Below the pieces are notes generated by a model. It made no database searches. It saw nothing but the letters and a program-made list of their open reading frames with translations, and was not told the origin of the DNA. From Botryllus schlosseri (Eukaryota), in NCBI GenBank assembly GCA_051294905.1, contig CM119383.1, forward strand, positions 10,044,001 to 10,108,000: 64,000 nucleotides of DNA, read 5' to 3'. Positions 51,701 through 61,500 of this stretch are shown here, piece after piece. The translations under genes and the position numbers were made by a program. How positions within the stretch are numbered: the stretch's first letter is position 1; the number at the start of each line of letters is the position of its first letter.

Positions 51701-54700
51701 ATTATATAAAACAACCCACATGGCTCTGTCACAAAAGCCTGTCCCGTCGAATGATCAGACTGGATCACATACAAGCCCTGGTCATTCCGTGATCCATCCT
51801 GGGTGAGGGCAAACAGAACCATTAGTTTTTCTCCACAAATTCATCACAAATATCAAACGCATCATTTCGTTAATAACCTATTGAAGTACTAGCATAGTGT
51901 TTTTCGTTATATTTCATAATAAATATCCAATTGAGGATCTACAAAAATATTCCAACACTAGGAGAAAGCAATGTACCACAGACACTAGACTGACTAGAGC
52001 ACGAGACTACTTTTTCAGCATGTAAGGCACTTAAGAATGAGCAAGTTTAAATGATGTATCTTCACAATTAGCAACGGTAGGTAACTTTTTTTATGCAATT
52101 ACACAATTTCATGCTGATGACTTTAACTAGGTCCTAGTGTGACGGCCAACCATATGCACACTTCTATATGTTCATAAATGTCGTGAAACAGTACCTAATG
52201 AGACGGATGAAAGGTCAATGGTGCCTGATCAACCAATAGTGCCTTTACAATCAACTGTCAGAATGTGCTCGAAATATTGAGCACTAGTCCTCATTATAAT
52301 TATAATCCATAGTGATCCGTAATTGCCGAGTAGTAATGATGAATAAGCTACACAGAATTATTAATTGCGAGCTTCAGCTGTGCTGGGATTGACCGTGCCA
52401 GATTTGCATGCACAAAATGATCACATTATTTCACAAATTTTATAGCAGTACCATATCCCTATCTTTTTTCAATTGTGAACCATCCTCGTCTTCATGATCT
52501 TCAATGTCTTGTTCAACCACAACCGTTTCTTCTGTCAGATTAAATGAACAGAGTCGTAATTTTTGAAACAAAACGCCGTTACCAAAATTTACATCACACC
52601 TGCCGTACCGACGTATCCTTGACTAGTGCTATGATCTGATTGGATCACGTAGAGGTTTTGATCGTTGCGCGTACACTAGAATTATAGAATACATGATAAC
52701 AATTCACCCTTACAAGAAGCGATGGGAAGGATCCGGGATCTGAATCGAATCTCAGAAATTCAAAAAATTAATTCAAAAACATTCTGTATGGTGGAAGTGG
52801 TGTTGAGACAATTTCTAGATAATTAACATTGCAACGATTATTCACGTTTTGTCAAGATGCGGATTTGCCCCACCACTAGTCTCTGGCATTTTTATGATCC
52901 CTGTTGTGAATCATAGAGCAATCACCTCTGGTCAAAGACTAGGTGTGATACAAACATATACTTTCAAAAATAAGTTGATGCAGGTTGGACCAGCAGTCCA
53001 CAACATAGACAAGCCCGCTAGGTGGACGCAACGCAATTTTGGAGGGGCCGCACCACAGGTTCGCTTGGATCTCGTTAAGTTTTCCGCTTGTATTATCAAA
53101 AAGACAGTAGCAATTTCTTTTTAAAATACAGTTTCCAATATTCCTTTTTGAGTTGCATACATTTGTTGTGATTTCATTTTGGGGTAATTGTGATTTTATG
53201 AAGTTCACAGGTTCACAAAATTTGCTTTGACATTTTGACAGTCCTATAAAGCTGCAAAGATTGAGAGCCACAGTGATACACTCTCATTACAATGTGATGA
53301 GTGCCCAGGGTGGAATTGGTGGAAACGTCACGCAAAACTTTCTGATTAGGGTCTGGTCTACTTTCCTACCCACAAAGTCAGAGATCGTAAAGTGTTCACC
53401 ATGATCACCAATGAATGTTTTCCATGACCACGAACAAAAATTTATAAATGTCAATATATATTGTTTTTGCGTTTGGAGAGGGTTAGGGTCAAAGTTGGGT
53501 TTAGGGTATCCCAAGATTAGGGTTGGAGTATTAGGGTGGGAGGGGGGATATTAGGGTTGTGGGAGGGGGGATATTAGGGTTGGGGTTAGGGGGATATTAG
53601 GGTTGAGGGAGAGGGGATATTAGGGTTGTGGGAGGGGGTATTAGGGCTGAGGGATATTAAAGTTACGGGTGAGGATATTGGGTTGGGGTTAGGGGGATAT
53701 TAGGGTTGCGGGAGGGGATATTAGGGTTGCGGGAGGGGAGATAGTAGGGTTGCGGGAGGGGGGATATTAGGGTTGCGGGACCTCCCGCAACCCTAATATC
53801 CCCTTTCCGCAACCCTAATATCTCCCCTCCCGCAACCCTAATATCCCCTCCCGCAACCCTAATATCCCCCCTCCCGCAACCCTAATATCCCCCCTCCCGC
53901 AACCCTAATATCCCCTTTCCGCAACCCTAATATCTCCCCTCCCGCAACCCTAATATCCCCTCCCGCAACCCTAATATCCCCCCTCCCGCAACCCTAATAT
54001 CCCCTCTCCCGCAACCCTAATATCCCCCCTCCCGCAACCCTACTATCTCCCCTCCCGCAACCCTAATATCCCCTTTCCGCAACCCTAATATCTCCCCTCC
54101 CGCAACCCTAATATCCCCTCCCGCAACCCTAATATCCCCCCTCCCGCAACCCTAATATCCCCCCTCCCGCAACCCTACTATCCCCCCTCCCGCAACCCTA
54201 ATATCCCCCCTCCCGCAACCCTAATATCCCCCCTCCCGCGACCCTAATATCCCCCCTCCCGCAACCCTAATATCCCCTTCCCGCAACCCTAATATCCCCA
54301 CTCCCGCAACCCTAATATCCCCCCTCCCGCAACCCTAATATCCTCCTTCCCTAATCTTTGGATACCTAACCCCAACTTTGACCCTAACCCACTTCCAATC
54401 TCCCTTTCCATCCACCCCAACCCTAATATCCGTCTCTCTAAAGGCACAAGAAAAAAACAATTTATTTTGGCGTTTATAAATTTTTGTTCGTGTTCATGGT
54501 AAACATTTCTTGGTGTCCGTGGGGAACACTTTTCTTCGTGGGTAGGAAAGTGGACCAGACCCTCTGATTAATTACTTAATTATTCTATCCAGAAAAGCTC
54601 TCATCACACAGGATTTATTTTAAAAAATGAGCCTAGATTCCATAGGGGATGACTGCGAATATAGATAGCTGAAACAGGGTGATTTAGCGTAAGCTTAAGA

Positions 54701-55053
54701 GAAGTTGACTGAATCTTGATTCAATCCAGGCTTGCAAGTTAGGCTTGCAAGTTGACGCCTAGTATACTGTCTATATTTTCCTCTGACATGTGAGTGATAA
54801 CTTCAGGTATTTACCAAATTACTGGAGTTACTGTCACCGTGTGTCATTTCATGCGTGAGCTCCATTTCCTCAGTTTCTTCTTGTGTCACCTCATCATTTC
54901 GAATGTCCTGAAAATATATCCATGTAATTTGTAACATCAGGACATGAGAATGGTGAAGGGCCGTACATCCATGCCTTTATTCTTGTCTTTTGATATTCTT
55001 ATCAATCTTTGTATAGTTTCATTATCCATTTCACTCTTGTTGGACACTTCCAT
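45703..55053 (-). CDS. NR2C: Orphan nuclear receptor of the NR2C (TR2/TR4, Hr78) group
   Basis: Exons 55053-54967, 54907-54823, 52531-52452, 51798-51720, 51653-51562, 50719(or 50748)-50521, 50070-49891, 49833-49739, 48555-48413, 48356-48242, 47984-47827, 47597-47458, 46857-46720, 46657-46552, 46000-45703; about 664 aa. DBD: [36 protein letters not shown]: [62 protein letters not shown]. The four most N-terminal exons are supported only by splice signals and phase. Confidence 0.92.
47030..47250 (-). mobile_element. 5'-truncated copy of the tRNA-derived SINE
   Basis: Colinear similarity to 6930-7145, including the tail and central domain; no tRNA head. Confidence 0.75.
48928..49363. mobile_element. 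MITE with TIRs of about 70 bp in an NR2C intron
   Basis: TTTTCAAAACTGTAAAACACCACCTCAATGGGATGCGAAACCAGCAAGTAATATATC at the left, with a near-identical reverse complement at 49295-49363; no TSD found. Confidence 0.75.
50834..51120 (+). repeat. Most complete copy of the dispersed repeat family seen at 40013
   Basis: Colinear with the copies at 13230-13500 (-) and 47995-48150; a short inverted motif (TTGAATA..TATATT / AATATACTATTCAA) lies near its ends. Confidence 0.7.
53349..54562. mobile_element. Merlin-like non-autonomous foldback transposon with telomere-like tandem arrays
   Basis: Termini GGGTCTGGTC and GACCAGACCC; perfect 8-bp TSD TCTGATTA (53341-53348 and 54563-54570). Unique outer arms of about 170-215 bp are reverse complements; the inner arms are minisatellite arrays meeting head to head at 53781-53782. 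No coding capacity. Confidence 0.8.
53520..54345. repeat. 22-23 bp minisatellite GGGATATTAGGGTTGCGGGAGGG: about 11 G-rich units, then about 25 inverted C-rich units
   Basis: Direct reading. Each unit holds one TTAGGG/CCCTAA hexamer; the strand switch is at ...GTTGCGGGA-CC-TCCCGCAAC... Confidence 0.95.
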
Positions 55054-56753
55054 GCATTTCAGACTTGTCAAAGAAATCTCTACACAAAATATTCACAACA
55101 AGAAGATATATAATATATATAGTTAGGCTACCGTATTGATTTACTGTAATAGTGTGGTATTCGTCTATTCGACGGGTATAGCCGATACGTATAATGTAGA
55201 GTATATATCTCACAAACGTCTAGATTACGAGGATATTTTTCACACAGTTATGCTCCCATATTACTTGTAGTTTCTTCCCTTCGTACCTTACTATATACCA
55301 GTGTCATCATAACACCTAACACGTATTGTATAAGACGAAACGAAACCAATATAGCCAATGCGAGCATAACTTCTGCGTACATGGTACCATAACTTTGATC
55401 TTCGCATCCCTTACTACGACACCAATATGCAAGTCAAAAACAGACTGCACTGCTGCAAACATTGATGAATAGTTAACAAACAACTACACAACATACAACA
55501 CTAATTTGTAAGTTTCCCCCCGCAAATTAAAAACAAAGTTAAGTCACGGTTCAGGCGACTGCGTGGTCAAAGAGCAAAGTTTATGTTTAGTGACCCGATA
55601 GCAGATCTCACGGGCAAATTTGCGCATGCGCGGAACTCACGGATATTCGTTACGTTACAAATAAACCACTAGCGGGTCGTACGCATTGTTGTGTAGAGTT
55701 ACTGGGGTCGTACCGCGAGGTAATTTACAGCAATTTACGCTGTAAATGGGTGTGGTGGTACTATATACACTATATATTAATCGCTTCTGTCTCCTGACTT
55801 CTACACGAGACGACATAGATTACTGTCGCTTGCGTCTTATATTCTCTGCATTACTTTTCATTCAGTGTGCAGGTGTGCACTGTGCATGCCTCTTCTTCAC
55901 TTCGCCTAGGCCAAGGTGCGTATCTGATCTTAAAGACCACTCCAAGTTGTTTCGACAATTTCCTATCTTTTCATTGTATCGCAGTTTTGTGGTGTTTTGA
56001 AACGGCGAAAATATTAATAAAACTGATTGATTGATTGTCTTCAACTTACATCTTCTGTTGCCATCGGCTACTGAGCACTGACTTGCTCCAAATTTTATAT
56101 AGCCTAGTCTATTTGCTGCTAGCCGTTACCTAGCATTATTATTATTCATTTCTGATAATATGCATTTTACAACCAATTCATGTTGAGAGAGGTGTATCTG
56201 TTTCCTGTAGGTGTGATCACAGTATAATCGGCGGTTTTGTAACTTTTATCCACTCAAGAGACACAAAGTATAGCCTACAATCCGATACACAAGACACATC
56301 CACCTCGGCCTAACGCCCGGTGTAACCGTGCTCGATGGCAGTAGGCTATTTCTTTTAGGACGCTATTCCTTGCTCTTTCGATTCGCTTTTCTTGTATTCG
56401 TCCTTCGTTGAGTCTTATTTCCCTGCACTTTGGATGCAAAGTCGCCGTAAGAACAGCGATGTAGGGTAGAGGACCCAAGATAAACCTTCGACACATATAA
56501 CCTCGAATGTCATTTTGTATCGACCATTCGTAATTCATAAGCGATAGGCTACCGAAATGATATAGCATTGTCTGCGTTTTTTGCAGTTTTATTGTTGCTG
56601 TTTTTTGGTATGCATTTCGATTTGATGTGAAAAAAAGTCTCTCCAGTACTTTCATTTTATGTCCACTCGCGCATCATCTTTTAAGATCCGAATACGAGGA
56701 CACTTTTCGTAAGTTGCAAAAGAGACATGGAAATCGGGACTTTATCCAGATAC

Positions 56754-57718
56754 CAGTGTTGGGATCAAGTCACTACCTTCGAGTCACGAGTCATTTCGAG
56801 TCATTGCAGATTTTGACTCGAGTCAAGTCAATCGATTTTCGAAGGTGACTCGAGTCAAGTCAAGTCACTCGATTTTTCGAGGTGACTCGAGTCAAGTCGA
56901 GTCAAGTCAAGTCAAGTCACGAGTCAAGTCACAATTCAAGTCATGTTGCCTTTTCCAAGTATGAGGCATTCTTACATCATTGCATTTTGCTGGCTGTCTG
57001 AAACACAGACTGAGTGGTCATTGATTCTGGACCTATGAACGAATATAGAGTTAAATATAAACTCAAGAAGGCGGTTTATCGCTCACATATATACGTATAA
57101 ATGCTAAACTACGTGAGTAATTGCATAGCCTCGGATTATAGTTACCAGCTTAAATAGAGAATAGAGAAACAAATTGATAAGATGCGATACATTACCCAGT
57201 ACCGATTTACAAACTGACATGATACAATTCTAGCCTGCGCCAATGGTTTGAGGACTATATAAACTATATTGGAATTCAATTTCAATAAAACAAGAGGTTT
57301 GGTCAAGATAAGAACAGAGAACAGAAATTCACATTTTGCTATTAGATTACTGTACTACACTAGTTTACGACAGCGATGACTTCATTTGCGGTCAATTAAT
57401 TTGTGAGATAACAATGGAGGCTCAGTAAAAACGCACGATCATTGAATGATTGGTCGTTCTCATGGGTTACACCAGCGTTTCGCGTACAATCCGAACATAT
57501 GCAAGACACAATGATTTTTATCGACATCGATTGCTTGATGACTCGAAATTGACTCGTAAATTTTGCTCCGAGTCACGAGTCAATCCACATTTTTGATACG
57601 CCGAGTCAAGTCAAGTCAAGTCATTTTAGCAAAGTGACTCGAGTCAAGTCAAGTCATACGAAAAAGGTGACTCGAGTCTGACTCGAGTCAAGTCATGACT
57701 CGAGTCATCCCAACACTG
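56754..57718. mobile_element. Young hAT MITE with GACTCGAGTC and (AAGTC)n subterminal repeats
   Basis: TIRs CAGTGTTGGGAT and ATCCCAACACTG; perfect TSD CCAGATAC. Confidence 0.92.
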
Positions 57719-58109
57719 CCAGATACTGCTGATCGACCAGTAGGTTATTGACTAAAAAGGTCAAATTATTACCGCGTGGATGTCTTAAATCCGAATTCGC
57801 ACTGACACTTTCCGTTGCGTGAACCGCAGCGGCAGTTCTAGAAAAAGCAAGTCGAGAAAAAAATTAATATAGTTAGGCTACATGCCGAATTTCTTACATC
57901 CGACTTAGATACATGTGATTTCAATGCATTATGAATTGCATTAAAACTGCAAAACGCACTTAAAATAAACTATTTTATGGCCATTCATTGCATACGGATG
58001 CAGGTAGATGCCTAGCTAAGCATATTTTCCATCAAGGCCGCACATTTAGTGGCGACGTCACACAGAAAAACAAATAAATAAATCCAACCCATTGGTACTC
58101 AATATAGTT

Positions 58110-58122
58110 TAATATATAAAAG
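58110..58122 (+). promoter_or_regulatory. Possible TATA box upstream of the homeobox gene
   Basis: TATATAAAAG about 400 bp before the ATG at 58521; motif only, in AT-rich DNA. Confidence 0.2.
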
Positions 58123-58520
58123 GTAGAGGACCGGCCTGTTTTATGTCGCCGAATGACTATGGAATGCGTGAACCTGCCTATAGTCACAGTTAGTGACATT
58201 AATGAATTCCTCAATATACATCACAGACCGATAAATTCGCCACGAAAAACTTACCCCTTATAAAGGGATATGAGGATTAGCCGGTGCAATGTAATCGCAC
58301 CCTCGCTTGTACCGTAATTATACAGTCTGGTTAAAGGAAAGTCAATAACATGATAAGAGATGATGATCAAGTGATTCCAATAGTGAGCTTAGAAAAAAGG
58401 CAACCAGGTTACAGCGTGTGGGCGCATATATATACAAATACATCTACGCGATTTAACCATTGCAAGAGATAATCTTATTTACACATTGCGAAAGAAGTAA
58501 AATACATCCGAATACTTCTG

Positions 58521-61500
58521 ATGTCGGATCAAAGAAAAGAGAGACACAGTCAAACGGTCGCTGAAATGGAAGAAGTTGATGGAATTACTACAAGCTCTTC
58601 CCGGCGACCATTTTTGATAGAGAATATTTTGACTCAAACCCACAAAGAAAACCAAGATTGTGGAAAAGTAACAAATGAAGATCAACGCGTTGAAGGATCA
58701 TTGAAATCTGGAGAAATGGCAACTGTTGGAAAACATACTTTACAATCTGATGCCGAAAATTTTCAGAATATTGTTCCTCCTTCCATTTATGACTATCTAC
58801 CGTTTACCGGGCTGCTGACGCCTACCCCTGATGCCGTTGCGGCTTGGACATCATGCGTAAAGGCGATTAATTCTGGCATTGCCCCATACGGAAGAAGGGA
58901 GCACCAATCATTCTTACTACCTCAACAAAATATGGTTCAGAGTACGGCACCTTGTATACAAAATACTTCCTTATCGGCATTCAGAGGCTTGAATACAATA
59001 CGCTCATCCATGGGATATCCAACACACATCAATGTCTCTGCGCCTGGATACCCGGCAGAACAAAGTCAAATCAATCGAATTTCGTACGGATACCCGGCAT
59101 TCGCGATTCCACAGAATAGTGGTGTAGCAAGGAATATTGCAAGTAAGGATATACTATTTCTTCAGTTCATTGCGGGTTCGAATTATTGCAATCAAGAAAA
59201 AGAAAGTCCTATCTATGAATTAGTAAGCTTGCAGCGCAATCACTAACAGAGTACCACAACCCGGGCCTCGCTCATAACACATAAACATAAATAACACATA
59301 TTGAGATAAATCATAACAGCAACTGCAATAAATACAATGTGGCCACGACAGCTGGTGATCTGAGATTCAGAGAAACAGTCATGCTAAACTACAACAATAA
59401 CATATTCTATGCGCGTTACCCACGATAATACTAAATATTGGGTGGCATCAGAGGTGGCTTTTGGGGTGGGCGAGGTGGGCGATCGCCCCCTCCCCTCTTT
59501 GGTCAATCATCAAATATCTGCATTTGTTAGAAAAGTCCCATATACCGATAATCATCAAGTCTCTGCATGTGGTAGAGGTACTTAGTTTTGATGCAGTCTA
59601 TCCTTGCAACCATGCAATAATAGATACGGCCCAATCCAGCGCCTGGCTCAAATCTTGACGTGGTGCGCTGGCTCATTACTAATGTCAGCCGATAGCTTCC
59701 TAGATTAGTGTGGGTCTATTTAGCCTGCAGCATTTGTATCGCTATTCTATTATTTCACGCTACATGCCATACATCTTCAACTTGAAGGCATGAGCTATTT
59801 AATTAACTGGTTCACTTCTTTTATATTTCGACAATGTATGATAAAAGAAGACTCGGGAGCTAGAGCAATTCAACATTCCGGCCTGCCTCAAAGCCCTGTT
59901 ATATAGGCTTACCATACGTCCTCTTTTAAGAGGATTTGTCCTCTTTTTTGACTTTTTTGAAAGTGTCCTCGGAGGACGCCCTTTTGTCCTCTTTTTTAGG
60001 ATTTAGAGCAGATTTAGAGCAAATTGCGAGTGATATGCCACATATTAGCACAGACGTGAAGCTCCGACGGGTGAAAAACGGTGATTTTAGCTCTGAGCGA
60101 AAAGATGACCTTTTTTTTCTTTTTTCTTTTTTTCTTTTTTTTTTTTAGTCATCCATCTGGCGATGTAGGGAGAAAAACGGTATTTTGAGTTCTGAGCGGA
60201 AGAGATGACCTTTTTTTTTTTTTTTTTTTTCTTTAGTTAACCAGTCACAAAGTGGGAAAAATTAACCGGTGTTTGAGAATTCTACTCCGATTTTGAAAGT
60301 TGGAAATTTATGAAAAAGTGTCCTCTTTTTAGATTTCCAAAATATGGTAAGCCTACTGTTATACTGTCATATACACATCACGTAATCCCGTTTCATATGG
60401 CACACTAATATTAAGTTGATAATTCTAAATTCGGTATACACAGATAGCATATTAAAACAAACTTCATCTATTCAAATCTGAAAATCAGAGATAACTGTGG
60501 TTGTCTAGGTCTTATCCGATGCACAATAATAATTTCAAGTCAGCACTACATAGGCACTGGGCAGATACTTTCCATAAATTTCCTCAAGACGGCCTTGTGG
60601 AATAGACGGGACCATGCAGGATCGGGAATTTACCACTGGTGAAATGTAGGCTCTATTCTTCAGGCCTCTCATTATCGCGACAACATACTGGACGCGGTTT
60701 CGGTAAAACGCTGATATGGTCTTATATATAAGATTGACGATATTATATCAAAATATCGATGTTGTGTTATCTTAAAACACCCAATTCTCAGCTATCATCA
60801 TTCAATTGTCAAGAGCCATGTGAGAATGGCCATATGAGATCCCATATCCTACCTTGCAGAATAAATTTAATTGTCAAATTGCCAATAGCTTACTAACAAA
60901 AACATATGTTTAGAGAGGTTTTGTGGGGGTTTGTGAAAGAAAGTTTTTTTTTTCTAATGTATCCCCAAAACAGAATTGGAACCTCGTCGCGGAATCCATT
61001 TTTCCTGTGATATACATAATCACTTTTCCAGAATAACTTCAAGATGAGCTGCATGACTAGTCTAGCTGTGATATGATGATTAAAAATTATGTTTCTAAAT
61101 TTTGGCGTCACATGATGCCATCATACCAAAACTTGTCATCGGAAGCGTCACGCGTTTAACTTACATTTTCCGCCATACTTATCTTTGTGGAAATGGATTT
61201 TCAAGACACGGCCACGTATTTCAAGAAATGCCCCCGCAGAAGTCGATCTGAAATAATAAAAGTCTACCCAATTTCTACATATAGTATGATGGTATTTTGA
61301 AGAAAGTTCATTTTGTTGCTGTTCTCCACTATAGCCCATTGTTGATATCATCTGTGTAAGAGAGATGACGGTTGTAAGATAATTGAGCAAAATTTCAGCT
61401 AAAACTTGAGGGGTCCATGGGAGTCCGTGACTGTCCAAAAGGAGTCCGCGAAGACAAAAAGGTTACGAACCCCTGATCTAGAACTTACTATATAGGCCTG

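Noticed and set aside
53520-54345. True telomere or telomere-fusion scar
   Set aside because: The unit is 22-23 bp rather than pure (TTAGGG)n, it is intronic, and it is enclosed by TIRs and a TSD.
56275-56655. 126-aa minus-strand ORF upstream of NR2C
   Set aside because: No homology or convincing splice sites, and it cannot be phased into the NR2C model; possibly UTR or regulatory DNA.
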